Positions 47,824-57,775 of a DNA stretch of 64,000 nt are shown one piece after another; position 1 is the stretch's first letter; each line of letters opens with the position of its first letter. A program made the translations under genes and the position numbers. The DNA is from an uncultured bacterium (lineage in GTDB: Bacteria > Patescibacteriota > Minisyncoccia > Phycocordibacterales > GWA1-40-21), in contig CAIJUJ010000021.1 of assembly GCA_903823865.1 (NCBI GenBank), positions 6,732 to 70,731 on the forward strand. Reading direction: 5' to 3'. The notes below the pieces were generated by a model that worked only from the letters and a program-made list of their open reading frames with translations, made no database searches and was not told the origin of the DNA.

Positions 47824-48228
47824 TTATTCTGCACATTGTTCACCTTCTGCAAGCGTGGATGGATTACAATATGAATATGTGCAATCTTTCTCCCTTGTCG
47901 TGCAAGACAACTCTTCATTGCAGCCAATTTTTTCTGTGGTTTGTTCGCAAAGGAAAATTGTTTCGGCTTTTTTGCTTATATTTTTATAATATGTAATTCG
48001 TTCTGTAGTAGATGAGGCAGCAGAGCAAGCTTCGTCAGTTGTCGGATCGCAAATACTCATAAAACATTTTTCTATTTTTGGATCACAAGAAACCTGACTA
48101 ACAATTTGATAATTTTTCAAAATAACTATTTTTAAAAAAGTTACAGCAACAGAAAGAATAATGAGTGAGAACATCACTATATAGAATATCTTGTTTTTCT
48201 TGTCTGGTTTTTGTTCTGTGGTTTCCAT
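47824..48228 (-). CDS. Cys-rich membrane-anchored extracellular protein (paralog 2)
   Basis: TM, then SCDPKIEKCFMSIC...YC. Confidence 0.8.
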   Translation of the reverse strand: METTEQKPDKKNKIFYIVMFSLIILSVAVTFLKIVILKNYQIVSQVSCDPKIEKCFMSICDPTTDEACSAASSTTERITYYKNISKKAETIFLCEQTTEKIGCNEELSCTTREKDCTYSYCNPSTLAEGEQCAE

Positions 48229-48264
48229 AGTGTTATTTTAACATAATTTAATATATTTATTAAA

Positions 48265-48756
48265 TTATTTTTTCTTATTCAATTCAACTGCTTTTTTCAT
48301 GATTCTGTCGCCAATTTCCTGCCAATAAAAATATTCTTTATAATCTTTTGGATCAATTAATTTTATTTCTGTGATATCTTCATCTGGATCAGAAACAAAT
48401 GGACCATACGGCTCAACAATACAAAACGAACGAGTTGTTCTTGTTATACCAGTTGGTTCATAAAAATCACAAAACCCGATAAGTTCTTGATGTAAGACTT
48501 TCATATTTGATTCCTCTTTTACCTCACGAATAACTGCTTCTTCATATGTTTCTCCTTTTTCTATGCCACCACCTGGCGGAGTCCACTTTTTTGTTTTATT
48601 CGCATAAACTAAAACAAATTTATCTCCACAAAAACAAAAAGCATGAACACCTTTAAGATTTCTGCCTTTTAAATCTTTCGTTGGATCAATCCCTTCATAA
48701 TAAATGTAGTCAATTTTTCTACCATCACTATCTGTATAAGTCGATTTAATTTTCAT
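48265..48756 (-). CDS. NUDIX hydrolase
   Basis: GGGIEKGETYEEAVIREVKEESN. Confidence 0.9.
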   Translation of the reverse strand: MKIKSTYTDSDGRKIDYIYYEGIDPTKDLKGRNLKGVHAFCFCGDKFVLVYANKTKKWTPPGGGIEKGETYEEAVIREVKEESNMKVLHQELIGFCDFYEPTGITRTTRSFCIVEPYGPFVSDPDEDITEIKLIDPKDYKEYFYWQEIGDRIMKKAVELNKKK

Positions 48757-48768
48757 ATGATTTTAATT

Positions 48769-49185
48769 TTATCTATCCGAACGGCCTAATAAAATTCTTG
48801 TTAAATAGTGTGCTAAATTTTCTAACTTTTCCAAATATAAATCATGCTTAGCTTTTGAAGCTTTATTTTTTATTAACTCATTTTCGCAAGATTTGTCATA
48901 ATCATATAGTAAAACGTGAATCAATTCATGAACAAGCGTGTATTCCTCATCTCCTCGAAATGGATTCCATGTCATGAGAATTGAAGCAGTTTTCTTCTTT
49001 GGATTTGCAATAAAATCTCCACTTTGGCGATAGTCTGTTCTTTTAAAATCAACTATCTGCAAATCAAGTTCCCAATCAGTCATCTGCAACTTTTTCTGCC
49101 ATTTATTTAAAAGTTTATTTAAATTTACTTTTGACTTACCATTTTTTTGTTTTATATCAAATATAATTTTTCTGTTTGATTTCAT
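48769..49185 (-). CDS. Small HExxH metallopeptidase-like protein
   Basis: TLVHELIHVL. Confidence 0.7.
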   Translation of the reverse strand: MKSNRKIIFDIKQKNGKSKVNLNKLLNKWQKKLQMTDWELDLQIVDFKRTDYRQSGDFIANPKKKTASILMTWNPFRGDEEYTLVHELIHVLLYDYDKSCENELIKNKASKAKHDLYLEKLENLAHYLTRILLGRSDR

Positions 49186-49209
49186 GAATTAATAATAACA
49201 TAAAAATAT

Positions 49210-49845
49210 TTAGTCCAAATGCGCATGGTCGTTCCAAATCCACAACCACCAAGGCGAATATTTTTGTTCTTTATCATAACCAAAAACTGTAATTCCAGTG
49301 TTTTCCATGTGAAGTTTATGAACAAATCTTGCACATTCATCTCCGGTAAGCTTTTTACCAAATAGTGCATATGCCATAACAACTCTCATAAAAAAACCAT
49401 GTGTAACAACAAGAATGTGTTCCTCGGGCATATCTTCTAATAATTTTAAAGCCTTCACTGCCCTTTTTTTCAAATCATCAAAATTTTCTTCATCAGAGTA
49501 GCGATAGCCTGGAAGATGAAAATTGGCAAAAAAAATTTTTTCTGCTTCTAGACCCTTTGGGTCATCTTTTGGTACATTGTATGCCTCTTTTGCTCTACGA
49601 CGTTCAACAAATAAATCTGAGTACTCAATCGGTTTCTTTGCTTTCTCCAAAATAATATCAGCGGTCTGTTTTGCCCGCACCATTGTGCTACATATAACAA
49701 TTTCAATTGGAAGTTTCGCACATCTTTTTGCAACAATACCTGCTTGTTTTTGCCCTTTCTTTGTAAGGGGTGACTCTTCTGATGAACGAATCAGGCCAGC
49801 GTTCCCCTCGCATTCACCGTGTCTTACAAAATAAATCTTTTTCAT
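49210..49845 (-). CDS. Histidine phosphatase (phosphoglycerate mutase family)
   Basis: VRHGE, RAKQTA, VVTHG. Confidence 0.9.
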   Translation of the reverse strand: MKKIYFVRHGECEGNAGLIRSSEESPLTKKGQKQAGIVAKRCAKLPIEIVICSTMVRAKQTADIILEKAKKPIEYSDLFVERRRAKEAYNVPKDDPKGLEAEKIFFANFHLPGYRYSDEENFDDLKKRAVKALKLLEDMPEEHILVVTHGFFMRVVMAYALFGKKLTGDECARFVHKLHMENTGITVFGYDKEQKYSPWWLWIWNDHAHLD

Positions 49846-50297
49846 AATAGATTTCGTGTTTTTGTATAATCTTTATAAATAACGTGTGGTTTATTATCAT
49901 TCGATAAAATATAGTCTTTCATAATTTTTGGTCTAATATCAGTTTTGGCAAATTCTGAAATGGGACATTCTACTAGCTTAAATTCTTTAACATTTATCTT
50001 TAGTTCATCTGGCACTTCATAAAAAAAACATATTTCATGAAATTTCTTTTCATTCTCAAAAACAAAAAAATTCTCAAGTGTGGTTTTGAAATTAACTTTA
50101 TCAACTTTAATACCTGTTTCTTCAAAAAACTCTCTTTTTGCAGCTTCTTCAGAAGTTTCATTTATCTTTATTCTTCCACCAACAAAATATAAATAACCAT
50201 CTGGATTTTTTTCAAACAAATAACCATTTTTTGTATGAGCAAGTATAACGACTCTGACATTTAATATAGAATCTTTTACTGAAATTGTGAGGTCCAT
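49842..50297 (-). CDS. NUDIX hydrolase
   Basis: GGRIKINETSEEAAKREFFEETG. Confidence 0.88.
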   Translation of the reverse strand: MDLTISVKDSILNVRVVILAHTKNGYLFEKNPDGYLYFVGGRIKINETSEEAAKREFFEETGIKVDKVNFKTTLENFFVFENEKKFHEICFFYEVPDELKINVKEFKLVECPISEFAKTDIRPKIMKDYILSNDNKPHVIYKDYTKTRNLL

Positions 50298-50354
50298 ATA
50301 TTTGGATAGTTTAGAAACGAATAATAACTTTTTTACACGATAAAAACAAGCGAA

Positions 50355-50861
50355 TTATTTAAATATTTTTTTATCTATAAAATCATTGATATCCTTAAAT
50401 GAAGATAGAATAATCAACTTATTTTTATAAGGCTTTATAACATCCATGTGAGTTGGTTTCCCTTTTTTGTAACTAAGCCCATATCTTTTATAAAAAACGT
50501 GCTTCATTAATTTGATGGTTGCTATAAAACTTTTATCATTTCTTTCGAAGTGTCTTTTTAAAATAGTAAACCATTGAGAAAAAATATTATTATATTTAAG
50601 ATAAATTATTATATCAGAAGAATTTAAACCTTCTTCCAACAGCCAATGTGTTGTCCCTTCGACAATCCATTTATCACCTTTATAAATCTGATTAATTTTA
50701 TTAACGGCTTCTTTTCTGTCCCTTGGTTTGGTAAATTTTATCTCATAATAAAAATCATCTGTTGAATAATTATTTATCCTGAGTTTTTTTGAAAGTTCCG
50801 AAGCTAAGGTTGTTTTTCCACGACCAGCATCTCCAATAATGATTATTTTATGATTAATCAT
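50355..50861 (-). CDS. P-loop kinase (FlaR/adenylate kinase-like)
   Basis: IIGDAGRGKTT, WIVEG. Confidence 0.8.
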   Translation of the reverse strand: MINHKIIIIGDAGRGKTTLASELSKKLRINNYSTDDFYYEIKFTKPRDRKEAVNKINQIYKGDKWIVEGTTHWLLEEGLNSSDIIIYLKYNNIFSQWFTILKRHFERNDKSFIATIKLMKHVFYKRYGLSYKKGKPTHMDVIKPYKNKLIILSSFKDINDFIDKKIFK

Positions 50862-50932
50862 AATTTTATTTTAGCATATATTTTATTATTTGAACGAAGT
50901 GGTTTTAAAATATGTCATGAGTGTCTGTCCAG

Positions 50933-52360
50933 TTATATTTTTGATGAAATATTATTTAAATCAAAAGTTTTGTTAAGTTTTATTTTCTCAACAAAATACC
51001 TATCATGACTTACTACAATAAGAGTACCGCTGTATTTCCTTAGGCCATTCTCTAGTTCTTCAGTAGCTTCTAAATCGAGGTGGTTGCTTGGTTCATCAAG
51101 AATAATACAATTTGGTTTCATGGCTACAAGCTCAGCAATTATCAAGCGAGAATATTCACCCGGACTAAGAAAAGAAATATGTTTTTTTACATCTTCAGTT
51201 GTAATTCTGAATCTGTTAAGTAACTTCCTAGCCTCTGTCTCTGGTATTTTTGTTATTTCTAGAAATTCATTTATTACTTTTTTATCAGATCTATTCAGCC
51301 ACCTTTCCTGAGAAATATATCCAATTTTAATATTTTCTCCTTTTTCAACTGTTCCAGAGTCAGCTTTTATTTCTTCAGTAATTATTTTTAATAATGTGGT
51401 TTTTCCTGTTCCATTATTTCCAATAATATGAAATCTGTCACCATAACTAATTGAAAGATTTATTGGGCCAATTTTTCTTATACCAATTTTCTTTTCAGCA
51501 TCTTTGATATTAAATACCTTGACACCACCTTTTTCGTTATCAAATACAATCTTGAGGGGCAATTCGTATACTGGTTTAACTACATCGCTTGAATTTTCTT
51601 CATACCTTTTAAGTTTATCTTTCGTTATTTTAAGACGCCTTGCCGCTTTTCCATCAGCTCCTTTCCAGTGTACATTTGTGGAATCATCTTCTTTTGCTTT
51701 TTTACCTTTTTTCTGGGATTCTATTTTTTTAAGCCAGTTAGATTTTAATTCTATGTTGGTAGAAATTTTTTTTGTTTTATCAACCTTATCATTATATTCT
51801 TTCCATTGTCTTTCAATTTTTGCTTTTCTTTGCTCGGTGTAATTTGAATAGTTTCCTTCATAAATAAAGGATGATTTTGTAATAATATCTATCTCAACAA
51901 TCTTTGTCACAATTTTATCTAAGAAAGCCCTGTCATGAGAAACTATTAAAAAAGCTCTTGCGCTTTTATTGATGAAATTTTCAAGCATTTTTAATCCATC
52001 AAAATCAAGATTGTTTGTTGGTTCATCAAGAATAAATAGGTCTGCATCAGATGACATTATGGGTGTAAGGATTTTTTTTGCAATTTCCCCACCACTAAGC
52101 TTTTCACTTTCTAAATGTATTTGGGGAAGATATTTAATTTTGAGTTTTTTAGAATAAGAGATATCACCGTTATCTTTTTCTAAATTATTTGCAATTATTT
52201 TTAATAAAGTTGTTTTTCCAGAACCATTTGGACCAGTCAAACCGATTTTTTCATTTTTTGAAATAGTAAAAGATATATCCCTTAAGACCTCTACTAGTTC
52301 AAATTTTTTTGAGATATGACTACAGGAAAAAATTACAGATTGTTGATTTTTATTATTCAT
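50933..52360 (-). CDS. ABC-F family ATPase
   Basis: Two NBDs without TM; LDEPTNNLD, VSHDR, YEGNYS linker. Confidence 0.9.
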   Translation of the reverse strand: MNNKNQQSVIFSCSHISKKFELVEVLRDISFTISKNEKIGLTGPNGSGKTTLLKIIANNLEKDNGDISYSKKLKIKYLPQIHLESEKLSGGEIAKKILTPIMSSDADLFILDEPTNNLDFDGLKMLENFINKSARAFLIVSHDRAFLDKIVTKIVEIDIITKSSFIYEGNYSNYTEQRKAKIERQWKEYNDKVDKTKKISTNIELKSNWLKKIESQKKGKKAKEDDSTNVHWKGADGKAARRLKITKDKLKRYEENSSDVVKPVYELPLKIVFDNEKGGVKVFNIKDAEKKIGIRKIGPINLSISYGDRFHIIGNNGTGKTTLLKIITEEIKADSGTVEKGENIKIGYISQERWLNRSDKKVINEFLEITKIPETEARKLLNRFRITTEDVKKHISFLSPGEYSRLIIAELVAMKPNCIILDEPSNHLDLEATEELENGLRKYSGTLIVVSHDRYFVEKIKLNKTFDLNNISSKI

Positions 52361-52498
52361 AGATAAAGATTCCGCTACGTAAATTAAATTAAATTATTAA
52401 TGTAATATTTATCTTTATATTTTCACTGACGTATTTTATTTTTTTAAATCAAACTTATTTTAATGTCTAAACGCACCAAAAAACTTTACGGTGAAAAG

Positions 52499-52569
52499 CT
52501 GCGGGACTTGGGCTCGAACCAAGATTCCATGCTCCAGAGGCATATGTCCTACCATTAGACGATCCCGCA
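52499..52569 (-). tRNA. tRNA-Gln(CTG)
   Basis: U1-A72 cloverleaf; loop CTCTGGA. Confidence 0.93.
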
Positions 52570-52678
52570 ATAAACTAAAGAATACTTGAAAAGTAGTAAA
52601 TATTCAAGCCTGCCTGCACAGATAGATTAAAAGGCATCTTGACTATTGAGCCAAAATGCCTTTTATAATTAAGTAAAT

Positions 52679-53611
52679 TTAATTCTTCAAATACTTTTGT
52701 ACAGCTAGATAGCTTGCGATAGAACCAAAAATAATACCACCACCAAGAATTGAGCTAAATATGGCTAAGAAATGATTTAGATAATACGAAAATAAATCGA
52801 ATCCCATAAAATATTCGCCGTAATAATGATTAATTGTAAAAGTAATAAGAGCAAAAGCTAATAAAATAATTATTGCCGAAATAATGCCACACAAAAGTCC
52901 ACTTACTATAAATGGTCCTTTTACGTATGTACTTGATGCACCAACAAGTCTCATAACTGATATTTCATCACGGGCCATAAAGATAGTGAGACGAATTGTA
53001 TTAAAAGTGACAATAATCGAAATGAGAATAAAAATAATTGCAAACCAAATTCCCAAGACATTTACTGAATCAATAATTTTTGACAATCGGTCGATAACTA
53101 TTTTATTTTGAGAATAATTAACTTTATCTATAATATTGGAACCATTCTGAGAAAGAGTGTTATCACTTGCATCAGACAAATATTTTGCAATACCAGCATA
53201 TTGCGATGGGTCTTTGGCTTTTATATTTAAAGTTGCTCCAAGAGGATTTGCGCCCAACTCATCTAAAGCTTGCAGGGTAAGATTGTCATTTTGATGCTTA
53301 TCTTTGAAATTTACTAAGGCTTGGTCGCTTGAAATAAATTCAACAGATGAAACCTCTGGCAACGCTTCAAGTGATTTTTTAACCGACAAAATATCATTTT
53401 CTGATGCAGTTGTAACAAAATAAACATTTACATCAACTTTGCCTTTTACTTGATCCAAACTGTAGTTTAAAAAACCCCCGAGTAAAATGATTGATGTAAG
53501 TATAAAAAGTGTAACCGTCATAACTAAAACGGAAGACAGTGAAACAAAACCATTTCTTATAAAATTTTGTAATCCTGATTTAAATATTCTTTTTGTAGCA
53601 AGCCAAATCAT
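52679..53611 (-). CDS. ftsX: Cell division permease FtsX
   Basis: NTIRLTIFMARDEISVMRLVGAS...GPF. Confidence 0.92.
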   Translation of the reverse strand: MIWLATKRIFKSGLQNFIRNGFVSLSSVLVMTVTLFILTSIILLGGFLNYSLDQVKGKVDVNVYFVTTASENDILSVKKSLEALPEVSSVEFISSDQALVNFKDKHQNDNLTLQALDELGANPLGATLNIKAKDPSQYAGIAKYLSDASDNTLSQNGSNIIDKVNYSQNKIVIDRLSKIIDSVNVLGIWFAIIFILISIIVTFNTIRLTIFMARDEISVMRLVGASSTYVKGPFIVSGLLCGIISAIIILLAFALITFTINHYYGEYFMGFDLFSYYLNHFLAIFSSILGGGIIFGSIASYLAVQKYLKN

Positions 53612-53627
53612 AATTATATTATATCAA

Positions 53628-54308
53628 CTATAAAACATATTTGCCCGTCTTATCATCACGAACAACTTTACCCTTTTCCATTGTTATTACCCTTTTGCCA
53701 AGTGAATCTATAACTCCTTTATTGTGGGTTGTGAGAATAATTGTGGTACCAAGATCATTTATCTTTTTCAAAATCTGAATAATTTCATTTGTGTTTATTG
53801 GGTCAAGATTCCCTGTTGGCTCATCGGCGACGATAATATCCGGCTGATTCACAATCGCACGAGCTATCGCAACTCTTTGTTTTTCTCCACCAGAAAGCTC
53901 ATGAGGAAAATTATAAGACTTGTTGGTCAAATCCACCAAATTTAATACATGTGGGACATCAGCACAAATTTCATCGTCACATCTTCCAGACATTTCCATA
54001 GCAAAAGCTATATTTTCATAAACGGTTTTGTTTGGTAAAAGTTTAAAATCTTGAAAAACTGTGCCTATTTTTCGTCTAAAATGGTGAATTTCGTGCTTTT
54101 TTAGGTGATTTACGTTTAAAGATTCATAAAAAACCTTGCCTGAGCTAGGTTTTTCTTCAGATAAAAGCATCTTTACAAGAGTTGTTTTTCCAGCCCCCGA
54201 ATGGCCAACTATGGAAACAAATTCTTTTGGTTCAATAATCAAACTCACTCCTTCCAAAGCAATTGTGCCATCTGGGTATATTTTTGTAACTTTATCAAAA
54301 ACTATCAT
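53628..54308 (-). CDS. ftsE: Cell division ATPase FtsE
   Basis: GHSGAGKTT, VFQDFKLL, ADEPTGNLDP; next to ftsX. Confidence 0.92.
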   Translation of the reverse strand: MIVFDKVTKIYPDGTIALEGVSLIIEPKEFVSIVGHSGAGKTTLVKMLLSEEKPSSGKVFYESLNVNHLKKHEIHHFRRKIGTVFQDFKLLPNKTVYENIAFAMEMSGRCDDEICADVPHVLNLVDLTNKSYNFPHELSGGEKQRVAIARAIVNQPDIIVADEPTGNLDPINTNEIIQILKKINDLGTTIILTTHNKGVIDSLGKRVITMEKGKVVRDDKTGKYVL

Positions 54309-54386
54309 TAGATTCATTATATCACCCAAGACGTACTGAGACAAGATAAAAGGCCAGCTTTGCTCTGAAAAACTAGCCTTTTATCT

Positions 54387-55262
54387 TTAATTCAAGCTTT
54401 TCTCCGCATCAATAAATTCATTGAGCTCACCATTAAGTACTTTGTCAATATTATTTGTTTCAATATTTGTTCTATGATCCTTAATCATTTTGTATGGATG
54501 AAAAACATAGGAACGAATCTGACTCCCCCATTCTATAGACATCGTTTTACTAATATGCAAACCTGCATGTCTGGTTATATTTTCTTCTTCTTTTAATTTA
54601 AATAATTTACCTTTGAGAATTTGAACTGCTTTTTCTTTGTTTTGTAACTGCGACCTCTCTGAGGCACCGCGAACAGATATTCCTGTGGGGATATGAGTAA
54701 TTCTCACTGCAGTCTCGCGTTTATTTACATTCTGTCCTCCTGGACCACCAGCTTTTGATGTTTCAATTTTTAAATCACTTTCTGGTATTTCAATATCTCC
54801 ATCTTTTTCTATTTTTGGTACTACTTCTACTAAAGAAAAAGAAGTTTGCCTCAAATTTTTTGAATTAAACGGAGAAAGTCTTACAAGACGATGAACTCCA
54901 GATTCGTGCTTTAATAATCCATATGCGTTTGGGCCTAAAATTTCAAGAGTAATATTTCGGTAGCCGCCATGGTCATTCTCTGTTTCGTCTAATATTTTAT
55001 AATCCCAATTATTTTTAATAAAATATTTTGAATACATTTCAAACAATATCCTAGAAAAATCTTCCGCATCATCTCCACCCGCACCAGAAAAAATTGTCAT
55101 TATGGCATGTCCTTTATTATATTTATCTTTACCAAGAATTTCAGATTTTAGAAAATTAAGCTCTTTCAATATTGCTTGTGCCTTATTTTTGTCAGCCCAA
55201 AAATCCGGAGCCTGCATCTCTTTTTCTAACTCTTGAATTTTTTTATTTATTTCCTCTTTCAT
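54387..55262 (-). CDS. prfB: Peptide chain release factor 2 (short, no frameshift)
   Basis: SPF tripeptide (RLSPFN), [12 protein letters not shown]. Confidence 0.92.
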   Translation of the reverse strand: MKEEINKKIQELEKEMQAPDFWADKNKAQAILKELNFLKSEILGKDKYNKGHAIMTIFSGAGGDDAEDFSRILFEMYSKYFIKNNWDYKILDETENDHGGYRNITLEILGPNAYGLLKHESGVHRLVRLSPFNSKNLRQTSFSLVEVVPKIEKDGDIEIPESDLKIETSKAGGPGGQNVNKRETAVRITHIPTGISVRGASERSQLQNKEKAVQILKGKLFKLKEEENITRHAGLHISKTMSIEWGSQIRSYVFHPYKMIKDHRTNIETNNIDKVLNGELNEFIDAEKSLN

Positions 55263-55263
55263 G

Positions 55264-55336
55264 AGCCACCTCCCAGGATCGAACTGGGGACCCCGTCTTT
55301 ACGAAAGACGTGCTCTACCAACTGAGCTAAGGTGGC
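55264..55336 (-). tRNA. tRNA-Thr(CGT)
   Basis: Cloverleaf; loop TTCGTAA. Confidence 0.95.
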
Positions 55337-55348
55337 ACCTCCCAGCAG

Positions 55349-55421
55349 AGCCATTGACCAGGATCGAACTGGTGACCTCGTCATTACCAATGACGTGCTC
55401 TACCGACTGAGCTACAATGGC
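55349..55421 (-). tRNA. tRNA-Thr(GGT)
   Basis: Cloverleaf; loop TTGGTAA. Confidence 0.95.
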
Positions 55422-55567
55422 TTAAACACAGCTGAATATTAAGCGATTTTTGCCTTTTTTGCAAAGAAAATATTATATTTGCACCCAACATATAAAAGTT
55501 ACCGTATTAATATTTAAGGTCAGACATAATCGATTGTCTACAGTTTATTAAAATAATATTTAAATTT

Positions 55568-56380
55568 ATGAGTAATAAAAAATATGTTTCTATTGGTTTG
55601 GTATTAGCGATTATTGGATTAGGACTAATTACAGCTCCAGCATTGGCAGCGACAACATCAACAAATACACCTAGATATGCTGGCCATGGAACTGGGCCAA
55701 GAGGAGTTGGTCAAGAAATAAAACCAACAATTGTTGGGACAGTTTCTTCCATAAGTGGCAATAGTATTATTGTAACTGGAAGACAAGGTTTTGCTTTTGG
55801 TCAAAAAAATAAAGCGACATCTACACAACCAGTTTCCAGTGTCACATATACTGTTGACGCATCAAGTGCAACTGTAATGAAAAGTAATGCAACAAGTTCA
55901 GTTTCAAATATTTCTGTCGGCGATACAATACTAGTTCAAGGTACAATTAGTGGTACAAATATCACTGCAACTTTAATCCGTGATGGAATTATTAATAACG
56001 GACAAAACAGAATGCAAAATCAAAATGGAGATCAAAGAAATTTTTCTTCATCAACAATTCAGGGAAATGGACAACCTGTAATTGCCGGGACAATATCAGC
56101 AATTAATGGCTCGACAATAACTGTTACAAACAAAAGCAACGTCACCTATACAATAGATGCAACAAATGCAAAAATCACGCAAGGTCAAAATATAGTTACC
56201 ATTTCAAATATTGCAGTTGGAAATAATGTAATGATTCAGGGAACAGTAAATGGAAACTCAGTCGTAGCATCTTCAATTATCACTCAGGTTAATCAGACAA
56301 ACACTAATGCTCCAGCAAAAAAGCCCGTAGGCTTCTTTGGAGCGATTGGTAATTTCTTTAAGAATTTGTTTGGGTTTTAA
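55568..56380 (+). CDS. Secreted protein with two DUF5666-like repeats
   Basis: Signal peptide; two GTVSSISG...YTVDAS...I.VG....VQG repeats. Confidence 0.75.
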   Translation: MSNKKYVSIGLVLAIIGLGLITAPALAATTSTNTPRYAGHGTGPRGVGQEIKPTIVGTVSSISGNSIIVTGRQGFAFGQKNKATSTQPVSSVTYTVDASSATVMKSNATSSVSNISVGDTILVQGTISGTNITATLIRDGIINNGQNRMQNQNGDQRNFSSSTIQGNGQPVIAGTISAINGSTITVTNKSNVTYTIDATNAKITQGQNIVTISNIAVGNNVMIQGTVNGNSVVASSIITQVNQTNTNAPAKKPVGFFGAIGNFFKNLFGF

Positions 56381-56466
56381 TTTGAGTTAAAAATTTATTA
56401 GATAAAAAATTCCCCAAAATTGAGCATTGGGGAATTTTTTTGTAAGCCAATTTATAATAAAACTAT

Positions 56467-56871
56467 TTATTTGAAATATTTGATTAAAAAATCTTTTGTT
56501 TGTTCTGGCCAAATAGTTAGGTTTTTTATTTCTTTTACATCAACCCACATTGGATTATAAATATTTTTTTCTGATGCCCTTCCCACCTCAACGCTATCAT
56601 TTGCCAATTTTGGTACACCGGAAATGTATTTACATAAACAAATATGATGTGTTCTTCCATTTATGTCTATCAAAGAAAAGAGTTTTTTATCAAAGTCGGC
56701 CTTAATTGATGTTTCTTCTAATAACTCACGGGTTGTAGCATAAGCTAATGTCTCACCTTCTTCGACATGACCTCCTGGTAAAACATAATACTCATTATCG
56801 TTTTTGTGACGAAAAATCATTAAAACTTTATTATCCTTGTAAACAAATGCTGTGGCCCTATCGCCTATCAT
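56467..56871 (-). CDS. NUDIX hydrolase
   Basis: PGGHVEEGETLAYATTRELLEET; start reassigned to MIGDR. Confidence 0.88.
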   Translation of the reverse strand: MIGDRATAFVYKDNKVLMIFRHKNDNEYYVLPGGHVEEGETLAYATTRELLEETSIKADFDKKLFSLIDINGRTHHICLCKYISGVPKLANDSVEVGRASEKNIYNPMWVDVKEIKNLTIWPEQTKDFLIKYFK

Positions 56872-56901
56872 GAAAAAAATTATACCATAAATCATACGAA
56901 C

Positions 56902-57117
56902 CGGCTGGCCGGAGTTTCTAAGATTTCGAGTCATGCTGGCCGGAGTTTCTCCCTCGACTAAAGCCTCGTCTTCACTCGGCTTTGTCTGGGCACCAGCTCA
57001 TTCACCTCGCAAGCTTGCGAGGTATCATTCCGCTGTTCGAATCCGGACGCAAGCAAAGCAGTTTGCTTGCTCCAGCCGCGCAAATAAAAATAACCACTTT
57101 CGTGGTATTTTTATTTG
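56902..57117 (-). repeat. tRNA-3'-matched element, core type D, after tRNA-Asp
   Basis: Perfect antisense tgcgcggctgg | ccggattcgaac split by the ACTGCT hairpin; two direct copies at ~56902 and ~56935. Confidence 0.88.
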
Positions 57118-57191
57118 CGCGGCTGGCCGGATTCGAACCGGTGACCTCTCCCGTGACAGGGGAGCGCTCTAACCAACTGAGCTACAACCGC
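57118..57191 (-). tRNA. tRNA-Asp(GTC)
   Basis: Cloverleaf; loop CTGTCAC; G73. Confidence 0.95.
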
Positions 57192-57242
57192 ATTTATTGA
57201 CAAACAAAACAATAACAGAAAAATGTTGTTTCTACAATATTT

Positions 57243-57395
57243 TTCTTGTGTCGACGGGTGGAATCTGCTACTACATAGCCAGGTATTTTTCCACCTCGCT
57301 TCGCTCATACGGAAAAATCTTTCAATTCCGCCACGGAGTGAAGCAGTTCACTCCTCTCGCACTCGAATAAAAATGAATATTCATTTTTATTCTTG
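57243..57395 (-). repeat. tRNA-3'-matched element, core type C, after the CAT tRNA
   Basis: 23-nt direct repeat 57243-57265 = 57390-57412; hairpin ggagtga-actgct-tcactcc. Confidence 0.85.
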
Positions 57396-57469
57396 TGTCG
57401 ACGGGTGGAATCGAACCACCGACCTTAGCTTTATGAGTGCTATGCTCTAGCCAACTGAGCTACGTCGAC
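57396..57469 (-). tRNA. tRNA with CAT anticodon (elongator Met or Ile2)
   Basis: Cloverleaf; loop CTCATAA; isotype not resolvable by eye. Confidence 0.85.
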
Positions 57470-57520
57470 ATATAAAAACCAAAATTAATATAACATTTTT
57501 TCGCCTAAAAACAAATGAAA

Positions 57521-57775
57521 CTACTTGTTTAGATAGTGTTTTAATTGTTTATTTAAATATTTTCTTCCAGAACCACCTTTTAGAAATTTCTCTCTACCAA
57601 CCGCATCATCTATATTCAAATATGCTTCATAATAAACAAGTTTCCAGTTGGTTTTATCTTTTGTAGTTCTACACCCCTTTCCTCTTAGATGGTCAGTGAT
57701 TCTTTGTTTTAGATTTGATGAATATCCAATATAAAAACTCTTATCTTCATTTTGTAAAACATATGTATAATACAT
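57521..57775 (-). CDS. Stand-alone GIY-YIG nuclease (84 aa)
   Basis: MYYTYVL...FYIGYSSNLKQRITDH...LVYYEAY...A..RE.FLK; start reassigned. Confidence 0.9.
   Translation of the reverse strand: MYYTYVLQNEDKSFYIGYSSNLKQRITDHLRGKGCRTTKDKTNWKLVYYEAYLNIDDAVGREKFLKGGSGRKYLNKQLKHYLNK

Noticed and set aside
55262-55340. Programmed +1 frameshift of prfB
   Set aside because: No CTTTGA site or upstream RF2 exon; the upstream DNA is tRNA.
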